Part shown: positions 1 through 9,221 of the stretch, one piece after another
Position numbering within the stretch: position 1 is the first letter of the stretch
Layout: each line of letters opens with the position of its first letter
Source of the DNA: an uncultured Pseudobdellovibrionaceae bacterium
GTDB taxonomy: Bacteria; Bdellovibrionota; Bdellovibrionia; Bdellovibrionales; UBA1609
DNA: 64,000 nt
Reading direction: 5' to 3'
Assembly (NCBI GenBank): GCA_964502735.1
Contig: CAZCYD010000005.1
Coordinates: 54,632 to 118,631, forward strand
Made by a program: the position numbers and the translations under genes
The notes under the pieces: model-generated
Told to the model about the DNA's origin: nothing
The model's input: only the letters and a program-made list of their open reading frames with translations
Databases searched by the model: none

Positions 1-559
1 CGCGATAATTGAGAAAGGAGATTAGGCTTCCAATAATTAGTGAACTTAAAAAAGCAGTTATACCAACAGTTCCTAAAATTATGGGAAGAAGAAAAAGTAA
101 AAATGAATATAAACAAATCGAGTACAGGCAGTATTTGAATGTTAGATTTTTAGTTCTAAAAAAGGAGGTTTCATTAAGTATAAGTAGAGAGAATAGGGCT
201 ATCAAAAATAGTAGGGATGTAGAGAGGGAAGAGCTGATAAAAAAGAATAGCGTGTAGATACTGAGTAGACCTCCAAGAAAAAAATGAACAGCTTCGTTTT
301 GATAGGTCCATAATTTTTGAATTTTAGTGTGTGGAGTCCAAAGTTGCTCTCGTTCAAAAAAGTGTTGGCGGAGTAGGAGACCAGCAACCCCTATATAGAG
401 GCATTGCTGAGCTAGAGAAAAGATATTATCGACACGGCCAAGGGTTATAATATCAAAGAGAAAGCCTAGGCTAAAAAAGACGGCTGGTCGGAATTTTTTG
501 TATTTATCAAGCTTGTATTTATTAAATTTATACAGACTAAAACCAATAGAATTTTCCAA
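1..559 (-). CDS. polytopic membrane protein, partial (3' end runs off the left edge; not in the supplied ORF track)
   Basis: The reverse-complement frame is open from TTG at 559-557 (GGAGGA 7 nt upstream) to base 1. The translation (..FFSLGFLFDIITLGRVDN..LGGLLSIYTLFFFISSSL..LLFLLPIILGTVGITAFLSSLIIGSLISF..) is a series of hydrophobic helices. No family recognised. Confidence 0.45.
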   Translation of the reverse strand, partial: MENSIGFSLYKFNKYKLDKYKKFRPAVFFSLGFLFDIITLGRVDNIFSLAQQCLYIGVAGLLLRQHFFEREQLWTPHTKIQKLWTYQNEAVHFFLGGLLSIYTLFFFISSSLSTSLLFLIALFSLLILNETSFFRTKNLTFKYCLYSICLYSFLLFLLPIILGTVGITAFLSSLIIGSLISFLNYR

Positions 560-575
560 GGACCGATCCTCCCCA

Positions 576-676
576 AAAGGTGCCAGGGCTAGTTCGAAAG
601 GTGCCAGGCCCTAGTTTGCACCGCTCTACGGTGCAAACTAGGGCCTGGCACCTTTCGAACTAGCCCTGACACCTTT
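576..676. repeat. REP-like nested palindrome, copy 1
   Basis: 47-nt arms at 576-622 and 630-676 with one mismatch and a 7-nt loop. Each arm holds two copies of the core GAAAGGTGCCAGG(G/C)C..TAGTT. The element is GC-rich in an AT-rich context. Confidence 0.85.
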
Positions 677-1234
677 CGAGGTCAGGGTAAAGTTGCGCAT
701 GATTTGGTTGCAGGATTTTACAGTCAACTTAAATTCATCCTGGTGGCCTCGGCAAGAAAGTATGTAAGCATTCTTTTCATTTAAGAAGACTACCTGGCGA
801 ACTTGTCTTTGGCTCTTTGAGTGGATGAGGTCAATCAAGAAACCTTCTTGTTTTGAAAGATTGATCTTTTTAGTCCCCAAAATGTTAAATCCTAAACGTG
901 GGTAAACCTTAACCCACTCTCTCATATATTGGTTTAGAGTCTTTGAGCTTTCTAACTCGTCTACCCTCACTGACAAAAGAGCTTGAACGCCTTTGTAAGA
1001 TTTGGGGGCCTTGTATAGGGTTGCAATATTTTTTTGATTTTCTGGGGGAGCTATATGAAGCCAGTTGGTCTTGTCCGAACTGATGCTAAATCCTAAGGGG
1101 CTTCTAAACAGTCCAATACCAGTTTGTAAGAATTCAGATGTTGATGTTGCAGGGATGGGAGCCGCTAACGTTGTGTGTGAAAGCGCCAATAAATAAAAAA
1201 GACCTGACAGTGTCCCAGTTCGGAAAGTGCTCAT
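638..1234 (-). CDS. hypothetical exported protein
   Basis: ORF with an N-terminal signal-like segment (LSGLFYLLALSHTTLAAP). The last 13 codons and the stop lie inside the REP-like palindrome. Confidence 0.5.
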   Translation of the reverse strand: MSTFRTGTLSGLFYLLALSHTTLAAPIPATSTSEFLQTGIGLFRSPLGFSISSDKTNWLHIAPPENQKNIATLYKAPKSYKGVQALLSVRVDELESSKTLNQYMREWVKVYPRLGFNILGTKKINLSKQEGFLIDLIHSKSQRQVRQVVFLNEKNAYILSCRGHQDEFKLTVKSCNQIMRNFTLTSKGVRASSKGARP

Positions 1235-1251
1235 TTTTTAATTCTAACTGT

Positions 1252-2355
1252 TTAAGGTTGCAATGAGCAAGCTATTGGTGGATTAAACTTTATTTTAAAA
1301 ATATGAAAGTTTCCCTCTAACTGACTTGAAAAGTATATAAATTGTCCGTCCGGACTAAAGACAGGGTCTATTTCTGCAGAGGCTAAATAAGTCAGTCTCT
1401 TTACACAGTTGTGAGAAAAATCATAAGTGTATAGCTCAAAATTTTTTTTATCATGTAGATTAGAAGAAAATAAGATATAGTCTCCACTAGGGTGCCAAAC
1501 TGGGCTTAGAAAAAAGGTATCCATAGACTCGTTTGGATTTATTACTATCGTTGCCTGTCCTAAATTGTTACCAATAGCTATTCGAGAAGAAGAATAGTCG
1601 TTTCTAATTTGAAGCCATGTCCACATTTTTTTTGAAAATAAAAACACAGGATTTAAGGCATGATAGTCTTTAAGATCGGCTCTTGTACTAATATTGGAGT
1701 GTAGCCACTTATTTTTTTTCTTTGAAGCCTCTCTTAACCCAATAAGTTTTTTGGTTTCTGAAGAGTAAATGAAATGATCAGGTGTTAAAAATTGCACGCC
1801 GCCATCAAAGCCCGGCGACTGTGTAAGTCTCTCTATAGAAGAACCAACAAGATTGCTAGTGTAAATTTCGTAGTTGTCGATTTGTAGGAGCGATCTGATA
1901 TCATCAAAACTAGGGAAAGGGTTAAAATCAATAATAGTTTCCCTAGTTTTTTTCACTTTTGAGCTAAAGGCTGTCTCTTTGTCTGAGTCCGTTGTGCTTT
2001 GATAAGATATTAATAGGCTCCTTCCTATAAACTGAGGGTGGCTAAGACGACCATTTTGATAGGTGATCCTTTTTTCTGTCTGAGCTAGAAGATCAAGTAG
2101 ATACACCTGCTGGTGATCGTGTTTATCACGATTTGCAGATACATAGAGAAGAAACCTCTGATCTTGAGATAAAGAGGGGAAGCGATTTGTTCCCCTTTGA
2201 GTGATCTTCTCAGGAGTTTCGGGTTTATAGTCTTTTGGTGGATGGGGATGGTTTAAATCCCTGGGTTCATATTTTTTTCTGGTGGATTGACAGCTAATGC
2301 TGATAAGCAAACTCATAGCAGTAAAAAATAAGAAAAATACGTTTTTAATTTTCAT
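1252..2355 (-). CDS. TolB-like (PD40/WD40-like) beta-propeller lipoprotein
   Basis: Lipobox ISISC. Repeated PD40-type motifs (FLLYVSANRD..VYLLDL, PVWHPSGDYILFSS, DPVFSPDGQFIYFSS). Confidence 0.6.
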   Translation of the reverse strand: MKIKNVFFLFFTAMSLLISISCQSTRKKYEPRDLNHPHPPKDYKPETPEKITQRGTNRFPSLSQDQRFLLYVSANRDKHDHQQVYLLDLLAQTEKRITYQNGRLSHPQFIGRSLLISYQSTTDSDKETAFSSKVKKTRETIIDFNPFPSFDDIRSLLQIDNYEIYTSNLVGSSIERLTQSPGFDGGVQFLTPDHFIYSSETKKLIGLREASKKKNKWLHSNISTRADLKDYHALNPVFLFSKKMWTWLQIRNDYSSSRIAIGNNLGQATIVINPNESMDTFFLSPVWHPSGDYILFSSNLHDKKNFELYTYDFSHNCVKRLTYLASAEIDPVFSPDGQFIYFSSQLEGNFHIFKIKFNPPIACSLQP

Positions 2356-3340
2356 ACCTATTTTTTATATGACCCTTTTCAATTGTTTTTTTTATTAATG
2401 AAGAGGGATTAACCTTTGGCAATTCTGTATTTGAAATCCATTCCCAATCTCTATTTGGAAGAGAGGGGTTCTTTTTTTTAGAAATCTTCACATAAATTTC
2501 ATGATGAGTAATAAAGTGCTTGAAGTCAAAATTATTCGGTGGCGTATTAAGACGCTTTCCCATTCCAGGAAAAATCCATTGATTTCTTAAAAATGGAAGC
2601 TCCAAATTTTTTATTAAAGCCCAATTTTGATTCTTCTCAATAAGTTGAGGTTCCCATAACCAAATTTCAGTCTTTTTTTTAGGTTTTTTTAGAGGAAGTA
2701 GAATCTTTGTTTTTTTAGAAAAAGTCTGGCAACTTTTGGCAATGGGGCACAGTTGACAATGAGGATTTTTGGGGCGGCATATCGTTGCCCCAAGCTCCAT
2801 CAGAGCTTGATTTAATATAGCAGGCGGACCTTGTTGTGCTATTTTATCAGCGAGAGTCTGAAGTTGGTGACGACCAGCTGGTTTCCACCATTCAATGGGG
2901 AGGTGATAAAAGCGAGAGAGAATGCGAATGACATTTCCATCAATAACACCGACAGCTTCATCAAAAGAAAGGCTGCTAATAGCCCGAGAAGTGTAGGGAC
3001 CAATTCCTGGCATTTTAATTAACTCACTCCATGTCCGAGGAAATTCAGGCAAGCTGTAGAGTTCTTTTGCGCATTTATGAAGGTTCCTGGCACGACTGTA
3101 GTAACCCAGACCCGCCCAGAGTTCTAATACGTCTTTTTCTTCTGCCTGAGCTAAACTCTTTAGGTTAGGAAACTTGGCAAGAAATTTCTCATAATAGGGT
3201 AACACTCCAACAGAGGTTGTTTGTTGAAGCATAGTTTCTGAGATCCATATCGGGTAAGGTTGTTTGTGTTTTCGCCATGGAAGCGGGCGATAATTTTGTT
3301 TATACCAAACTTGTAAGTTATTAATTTCTTTTTTATGCAT
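2345..3340 (-). CDS. mutY: A/G-specific adenine DNA glycosylase MutY
   Basis: HhH-GPD motifs (LQQTTSVGVLPYYEKF, GLGYYSRARNLH, GIGPYTSRAI), a 4Fe-4S Cys cluster (C..PKNPHCQLCPIAKSC) and a C-terminal NUDIX-like part. Confidence 0.9.
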   Translation of the reverse strand: MHKKEINNLQVWYKQNYRPLPWRKHKQPYPIWISETMLQQTTSVGVLPYYEKFLAKFPNLKSLAQAEEKDVLELWAGLGYYSRARNLHKCAKELYSLPEFPRTWSELIKMPGIGPYTSRAISSLSFDEAVGVIDGNVIRILSRFYHLPIEWWKPAGRHQLQTLADKIAQQGPPAILNQALMELGATICRPKNPHCQLCPIAKSCQTFSKKTKILLPLKKPKKKTEIWLWEPQLIEKNQNWALIKNLELPFLRNQWIFPGMGKRLNTPPNNFDFKHFITHHEIYVKISKKKNPSLPNRDWEWISNTELPKVNPSSLIKKTIEKGHIKNRYEN

Positions 3341-3355
3341 AGAGGCGGTCCCGTC

Positions 3356-3913
3356 CTACTTGTCAGATATAATTTTTTTCATATTCTTGAAATAGACAGA
3401 GGGTCTTCCTTTTTCCTCTTTAAGTTTGTGAGGCAAAGCTTTATCGTAAAAATAGTGACCCTTTTCAAAAGTCAAGTTTCGACTTCTTTTTTGTACAGAC
3501 TCACTAAATACAAGTGTAAGTTTTCGAGAATTGATTTCCAAAATATACCAGTTAAGGTTTTGCACTTCAGCATCTCCCGAGGGCTCAGTCCAGATCCATA
3601 TCTCAATATAGAGTTGAGATCCAATTTTTTGAAGTTGTATATCTTTCCACTCCGTAAGTTTGCCGGTAAGAGGGATGGCCTCGATAGTTCTCCAGACTCC
3701 ATCGTGGACCAATATCTTGTCTTCAGCAAAGTGGAGTTTAACTCCAAGAGTGTGCAACAGACAGTTTTTGAGTTCTAATTCACTACTATCACATTTCTTT
3801 TTGCTCTTTACGGCATAACAGGGGTTAGAAAATAGCAAAAACAAGGTAGCTAAAAGTGGAGTAAGATTTATAGGTTTTATCATAGGTGCAGATATATTCA
3901 TTTGCAGCCTCAT
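3356..3913 (-). CDS. hypothetical exported protein
   Basis: ORF with a signal peptide (LLATLFLLFSNPCYA). Its start overlaps the recX stop (ATGA). Confidence 0.5.
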   Translation of the reverse strand: MRLQMNISAPMIKPINLTPLLATLFLLFSNPCYAVKSKKKCDSSELELKNCLLHTLGVKLHFAEDKILVHDGVWRTIEAIPLTGKLTEWKDIQLQKIGSQLYIEIWIWTEPSGDAEVQNLNWYILEINSRKLTLVFSESVQKRSRNLTFEKGHYFYDKALPHKLKEEKGRPSVYFKNMKKIISDK

Positions 3914-4425
3914 CCTTTAAAAAGTAGTTTTTTAATAACGACATGGGAAAACCCTCGACTCTGCAAGAATCGAACAGGTTTCTGTTTTTGCTCAAAAGTG
4001 TAAGATTCCCATTCGTCAAATTTGCTGTTAAGAAGAGATAGTCCCTTGTTGTACTCAAGACTTTCATCAATAACTACACTGGGTAAGTTTAATTTCTTGA
4101 GATAGTTTTGAATGTAAAGCTCTCCTTTTTTTTTGTCATTCAGAATTCTGTAAATTTGCTGAGCCAGCTCGCAGGGGGTTTTTAACCATCCCATTTCTTT
4201 TGCCGCGTCAATAGCTTGTAGAGCAGTTTGTTTTTCAAATCTTATTTTCAGTTTGTCATAAAGCTCTTTTTCTGAATGATCGCGACGGGCTAAATAAAAG
4301 GCAACTTTATTGAGGGCTTTATTTTTATCTGAGATTTTATCTGAGATTTTATCTGAGATTTTATCTGAGATTTTATCTGAGATTTTTTTTGAGCTAAGTT
4401 CATCCATCAAGGGTAAAAATGACAT
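3910..4425 (-). CDS. recX: RecX-like recombination regulator with an N-terminal (KISD)x5 repeat
   Basis: Three-helix repeat pattern typical of RecX (ALNKVAFYLARRDHSEKELYDKL.., ALQAIDAAKEMGWL.., EQKQKPVRFLQSRGFS). Confidence 0.7.
   Translation of the reverse strand: MSFLPLMDELSSKKISDKISDKISDKISDKISDKNKALNKVAFYLARRDHSEKELYDKLKIRFEKQTALQAIDAAKEMGWLKTPCELAQQIYRILNDKKKGELYIQNYLKKLNLPSVVIDESLEYNKGLSLLNSKFDEWESYTFEQKQKPVRFLQSRGFSHVVIKKLLFKG
4327..4386. repeat. perfect 12-bp tandem repeat x5 (ATCTGAGATTTT) inside recX
   Basis: Read directly from the sequence. It encodes KISDKISDKISDKISDKISD on the minus strand. Confidence 0.95.
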
Positions 4426-4542
4426 AGATATTCAGGTGCGGCAAGCTCTTGTAAGCCTCAACTAACCAAATTTCTGCAATTTGATGGATCTAAGACGACT
4501 CATTTGCGCAAATAGAAGACCGAACACCGAAATTAAGTTTTA

Positions 4543-5877
4543 CTAACCACTTCTACGTTTTTTATTGTTGGGAATTGCTGGTGGTCTGGATAAATTAGAA
4601 GGGTAAGGCTTATTTCCAATTTTTGGTGTGGTCTCTTCAATTTTAATACTAGAATAGGAAGACTTATCTTTTAGAGAATGGGATTTTTCCAGTTCTATTT
4701 CTTCTAGATTGTTCCAAGCATTAGATACCACCTTCTGATACTTGCTATTGTTTCTCCACTTTTCTTTATCAGAATCATGTTGTTTAATTCCCCCAAAACG
4801 AATAGCAAAATCTTCACCGTTGTCGGTAAGCCTGATAGCTTCTTCATAGTTGATAACTTCTTGGGTAACCAGTTCAAAAAGGCTTTGGTCAAAAGTTTGT
4901 GTGCCAAATGTAACAAAGCCCTCTTCCAGTGCCAAAGGAATTTCCTTTGTTTTTTCTGGATGCTCAATCATTTCTCTCACGCGGGTGTTGTTCACAAGTA
5001 TCTCGACGACAGGAACAAAGCCCTTTCCATCAGCTCGTTGAGCTAGACGCTGGCTGATGATGGCTCTCAATACAGCACCCAATTGGAGGCGTATTTGTTT
5101 TTGTTGTCCATCAGGAAAAACGGATACGATTCTATTGATAGACTCTTCACAGTTAACAGTGTGCATGGTAGAGAGAACAAGATGGCCTGTTTCAGCAGCT
5201 TGAAGAGCGGTCTCCATAGTTTCTTTGTCACGCATCTCACCAATAAAAATAACGTCAGGGTCTTGCCGCAATGAAGATCTCAGAGCTGTGGCAAAGCTGT
5301 TTGTATCAACACCGAGCTCTCGTTGAGTAATAATACTTCTTTTATCGCGAATAAGAAACTCAATAGGGTCTTCGATTGTAAGTATATGACGGTTTTTAGT
5401 GTTGTTAATGTAGTCTATCAGTGCTGCAATTGTCGTGGATTTTCCTGAACCCGTAGCTCCAGTGAGTAGAATAAGACCACGCTCGTGTTTGGCAATTTTA
5501 TTTACGACAGGGGGAAGGTTTAAATCAGCTAACTGTGGAACTGAGTAGGGAACGTTGCGGATAACAACAGTTGTGCTGCCTCGCTGACGAAACACATTCA
5601 TGCGAAATCTTCCTAGGCCGCGGATACCATAACCCAAGTCCATTTCTTTTTTTTCTTGGTATTCTTGATACTGTTTGGGGGTCATAAGTTCTTTAACAAG
5701 AGACTCTATGGCTTCGCCAGTGAGACCAGGTAGATCGGGGCTTAGAGGTCGCAATTTACCATGTTTTCTCATAACGGGAACTATCCCAGCTTTGAGATGG
5801 ACATCACTAGCATTAGCTTCGACTGCCATTTTTAGGAGTTCATCAAGATTTAATACCATACATATAGAGATCGGCAA
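4543..5877 (-). CDS. pilT: type IV pilus retraction ATPase PilT/PilU family, with an extra C-terminal tail of about 90 aa
   Basis: ASDVHLKAG, Walker A GATGSGKST, Asp box, Walker B DPDVIFIGEMRD and His box LVLSTMHT. Met7 (5859) is an alternative start. Confidence 0.85.
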   Translation of the reverse strand: MPISICMVLNLDELLKMAVEANASDVHLKAGIVPVMRKHGKLRPLSPDLPGLTGEAIESLVKELMTPKQYQEYQEKKEMDLGYGIRGLGRFRMNVFRQRGSTTVVIRNVPYSVPQLADLNLPPVVNKIAKHERGLILLTGATGSGKSTTIAALIDYINNTKNRHILTIEDPIEFLIRDKRSIITQRELGVDTNSFATALRSSLRQDPDVIFIGEMRDKETMETALQAAETGHLVLSTMHTVNCEESINRIVSVFPDGQQKQIRLQLGAVLRAIISQRLAQRADGKGFVPVVEILVNNTRVREMIEHPEKTKEIPLALEEGFVTFGTQTFDQSLFELVTQEVINYEEAIRLTDNGEDFAIRFGGIKQHDSDKEKWRNNSKYQKVVSNAWNNLEEIELEKSHSLKDKSSYSSIKIEETTPKIGNKPYPSNLSRPPAIPNNKKRRSG

Positions 5878-5990
5878 AATTCTTTAGAATCTTGAGGCTT
5901 GGGTCAGCCTCCATGTAGAGCTTTCGAAGTCAAATGTTGGGGTTGATCAAATGTGATGACAAACTTCTGTTTGTTATGAGAAAAATAATC

Positions 5991-6470
5991 ATGAAAAATC
6001 TTGTGAAGTTTTTGGCTACAGGGGTTTACCTTGGACTTTTGCCTAGGGCACCGGGGACTTTTGGCTCATTGGGTGCTCTGTCCATCGCTTATATCTTGTT
6101 AACTTCTTTTAGTTTAGTTCATTACATGATAGCAACCTTTGTTTTTGTCCTCTTTGCCATTTTGATTTGCAAGCTTTACGAGGCGTTTTTTAACAAGCAT
6201 GATGCAAAAGAGGTGGTTATTGACGAAGTTGCTGGAATTTTAATCACCATGGTGGGGCTGCCTATAACGTGGCAGAGCTTTGTATTGGGGTTTCTTTTGT
6301 TTCGGTTATTCGATATTTGGAAGCCCTTTCCCATTAGTTGGATGGATAAAAACATAAAAGGTGGTGTGGGAGTCGTGGCAGATGACCTTGTAGCGGGTAT
6401 TTTCAGCAGTTTTATTTTGCAGATAGTTTATACAAACACGCCGTGGTTAGGAGTGCAACTTGTCGGATAG
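5991..6470 (+). CDS. pgpA: phosphatidylglycerophosphatase A
   Basis: GLLPRAPGTFGSL, DEVAGILI and FRLFDIWKPFPI motifs. The start was chosen at the third in-frame ATG; 5934 and 5976 are alternatives. Confidence 0.8.
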   Translation: MKNLVKFLATGVYLGLLPRAPGTFGSLGALSIAYILLTSFSLVHYMIATFVFVLFAILICKLYEAFFNKHDAKEVVIDEVAGILITMVGLPITWQSFVLGFLLFRLFDIWKPFPISWMDKNIKGGVGVVADDLVAGIFSSFILQIVYTNTPWLGVQLVG

Positions 6471-6963
6471 TCAAAATAACAGCGATAGAGAAAAGCTTTT
6501 AGACTGGATTCATTTTACATTTTGTGAGCGAGGTTTAACCCTGGGCCTTGCTGAAAGTTGTACGGGGGGACTAGTTTCGTCTTGGATTACTCAACGATCG
6601 GGTTCCTCACAGTATTTTATGGGAGCTGTTGTCTGTTATTCAGGGAAAGTTAAAGGGAAAATTCTAAAAGTTCCTTGGACTTTAATGCAAACTCTGGGAG
6701 AGGTGAGTTCCCCTGTAGCTAAATTTATGGCACGAGGCTCCAGAGACGTTCTGCAATGCGATTGGTCAATTGCCATCACGGGAATTGCCGGACCTACGGG
6801 CGGATCTTCAGATAAGCCCGTAGGAACAGTTTGTTTTGCCGTGAACGGCCCAGGTTTTGAATACGCAGAGCAAAAACACATTGAGGGTTCGGAGCGGGGA
6901 ATAATTCAGCAAAGATCGGCGGAACACGCTTTGAAACTGCTGAAAATGGCGCTAGAGTCATAG
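6460..6963 (+). CDS. pncC: CinA C-terminal domain / nicotinamide-nucleotide amidohydrolase PncC
   Basis: [13 protein letters not shown] and [17 protein letters not shown] motifs. TTG start overlapping the pgpA stop. Lies directly upstream of recA. Confidence 0.85.
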   Translation: MSDSQNNSDREKLLDWIHFTFCERGLTLGLAESCTGGLVSSWITQRSGSSQYFMGAVVCYSGKVKGKILKVPWTLMQTLGEVSSPVAKFMARGSRDVLQCDWSIAITGIAGPTGGSSDKPVGTVCFAVNGPGFEYAEQKHIEGSERGIIQQRSAEHALKLLKMALES

Positions 6964-6983
6964 CCTACAAACAAGGAGAAAAT

Positions 6984-8117
6984 ATGGCAACAACAACAAA
7001 TACCGATAAAGCACGAGCTCTAGAATTAGCTCTTACCAACATTGAGAAGCAATTCGGAAAAGGCTCGGTCATAAAGATGGGAGGAGGAGAGAGTCTTTAT
7101 GAAAATGTTCCAGTTATCAGTACGGGAGCATTAAGCTTAGACATTGCACTGGGTATTGGTGGATTGCCGAGAGGTCGAATTGTGGAAATCTACGGACCGG
7201 AGAGTTCTGGAAAAACCACTTTGGCGCTTTCGACGATTGCACAAGCTCAGAAGCTTGGTGGCACGGTGGCTTTTGTTGATGCTGAGCACGCACTGGACAT
7301 CAATTATGCTAATAAATTAGGAGTGAATATTGATGAACTCTTGGTTTCTCAGCCTGATACGGGTGAACAGGCTTTAGAAATTGCAGAAACTTTGGTTCGC
7401 TCCGGTGCAGTTGATGTACTAGTTGTGGACTCTGTGGCCGCCCTAACCCCAAGGGCTGAGATAGAGGGAGATATGGGTGATAGTCATATGGGTTTACAGG
7501 CTCGCTTGATGTCTCAAGCTCTACGGAAGTTGACGGCAATAATTAACCGTAGCAACACTCTGGTCATTTTTATTAACCAGATTCGCATGAAAATTGGGGT
7601 TATGTTTGGCAATCCTGAGACGACAACAGGTGGGAACGCATTAAAGTTCTACTCGTCTGTCCGTTTGGATGTGCGTCGCATAGGTTCCATCAAAAATGGA
7701 GAGGATGTGACGGGCAACCGTACAGCAGTGAAGGTGGTCAAAAATAAAATGGCACCTCCATTCGCAAAGGTGGAATTTGATCTTATGTACGGTGAAGGCA
7801 TTTCTGAAGAGGGCGATATTCTTGACTTAGCTGTAAAGCAAAACTTGATTGAAAAATCTGGTGCTTGGTTCAGCATTAACGGTGAGAGAATGGGTCAGGG
7901 CCGAGATGCGGCTAAGAATTTTTTGAAGGAAAATTCTACCTTGAAAAAAGAATTGCGAGCAAAACTTTTAATGGCTTATGGAATTGGGAAAGAGGCCAAA
8001 ATGGCGGCGGCGGAGCAGGCAAAAGAGGCTTTAGCTAGGGCTGCGGCTGAAAAAGAGGAAATCACTGAGGAGATTAAAAGGGCGGCAAAGTCGACCGCAA
8101 AAGCGAAAAAATCTTAA
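6984..8117 (+). CDS. recA: recombinase RecA
   Basis: Canonical sequence throughout ([29 protein letters not shown]1/L2 loops) with a charged C-terminal tail. Confidence 0.98.
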   Translation: MATTTNTDKARALELALTNIEKQFGKGSVIKMGGGESLYENVPVISTGALSLDIALGIGGLPRGRIVEIYGPESSGKTTLALSTIAQAQKLGGTVAFVDAEHALDINYANKLGVNIDELLVSQPDTGEQALEIAETLVRSGAVDVLVVDSVAALTPRAEIEGDMGDSHMGLQARLMSQALRKLTAIINRSNTLVIFINQIRMKIGVMFGNPETTTGGNALKFYSSVRLDVRRIGSIKNGEDVTGNRTAVKVVKNKMAPPFAKVEFDLMYGEGISEEGDILDLAVKQNLIEKSGAWFSINGERMGQGRDAAKNFLKENSTLKKELRAKLLMAYGIGKEAKMAAAEQAKEALARAAAEKEEITEEIKRAAKSTAKAKKS

Positions 8118-8185
8118 AAGAGTTTCCTGTTAGGGTGGTTGTAACTAAAGCCACCTTAATAAACTAAATTTTAAATTGGGTGTAA

Positions 8186-8216
8186 AGGCCTAGCCGTTAA
8201 GGCTAGGCCTTTTTTA
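8186..8216 (+). terminator. intrinsic terminator after recA
   Basis: 10-bp stem AGGCCTAGCC/GGCTAGGCCT with a 5-nt loop (GTTAA), followed by TTTTT. Confidence 0.75.
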
Positions 8217-8319
8217 TGGTGCCCATTAGGAAGAGAGGCTATTAGGGGACGACCCATAAGTGCTTGCTTACCTTCAAAGTGTAGACTACTACATAGAGCA
8301 CAGTCTCAAGGGGGAATAA

Positions 8320-9000
8320 ATGTCTATCCAATCGCTGAGTTTATTTTTTACGATTTTTGTTACAAGTCTTTGCTCTTGGGCGCAAAGGGAGAATTGTTCG
8401 TGGCAAGAGTTTACGGAATCACAGGCGAGAGTGGCTTTTGTACAAGATGGAGACACGTTAGCCCTTTGGGACTCAAAAGGTGTGCGAAGAAATGCAAGGC
8501 TGGTGGGAATAGACACGCCTGAAACTTATTTTCTTGGCAAGAGCCAAGGCTCGTGGGCTAAAGAGGCCTCTGATCGGCTAAAGGAATTGTTGCCTAGAGG
8601 GACTCGAGTGAGTATAGCATTTGATATTGAGCGTTGCGACACTGGTGGTCGCCTCTTGGTTCATGTTTTTTCTGGAGGTGTTCATCTCAACCGATTGATG
8701 ATGGAAGAAGGGTGGGCTGTTAACTACTGTGTGGCACCCAACGAAATGTTCTGTAAAGAGTTTGGAGATATAGCCACTCAAAACTTGGTGGAGGGAGTTG
8801 GGTTTCTTGGAGACCCGAGCGTGCGGTTACCTTATTTATTTCGTTCGGAAGAAAGGGAAACGGAGTTTCATTATTTTGTTGGAAATCGATTGACTAAAGA
8901 TGTGTACAAGTCTTCCAATATGGACAAAGTTCCCATTGGGGAACGCATTTTATTCTACAGTCGTCGGCATATCCGTCGTCCCTATAAAATGGCCAATTGA
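8320..9000 (+). CDS. secreted staphylococcal-nuclease (SNase/thermonuclease)-like protein
   Basis: Signal peptide. DGDT..RLVGIDTPE resembles the SNase active-site region. Confidence 0.6.
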   Translation: MSIQSLSLFFTIFVTSLCSWAQRENCSWQEFTESQARVAFVQDGDTLALWDSKGVRRNARLVGIDTPETYFLGKSQGSWAKEASDRLKELLPRGTRVSIAFDIERCDTGGRLLVHVFSGGVHLNRLMMEEGWAVNYCVAPNEMFCKEFGDIATQNLVEGVGFLGDPSVRLPYLFRSEERETEFHYFVGNRLTKDVYKSSNMDKVPIGERILFYSRRHIRRPYKMAN

Positions 9001-9221
9001 TTCCTTTTGGGTATAAAACAAAGCCATTAAAATAAAACTACTAAAACAAAATCTCAAAATGAGCCGTTAAGATACTGACACGTTAAAGCAACTGACAGTT
9101 GTATAAGTAATTGTTTACAAATACCGATAATTTCCAAGAGAAGTCGATCAGAAGTGATCTGGCCTTGGTCTCAGATTTGCTTTTTATTTAGTTGAGACAA
9201 GGAGTTAGGGATAAACTGACA

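Noticed and set aside
9-387. Track ORFs 9-257 (+) and 202-387 (-)
   Set aside because: Both are overlapped by a longer stop-free minus-strand frame encoding a coherent multi-helix membrane protein. Their own translations are low-complexity or unconvincing.
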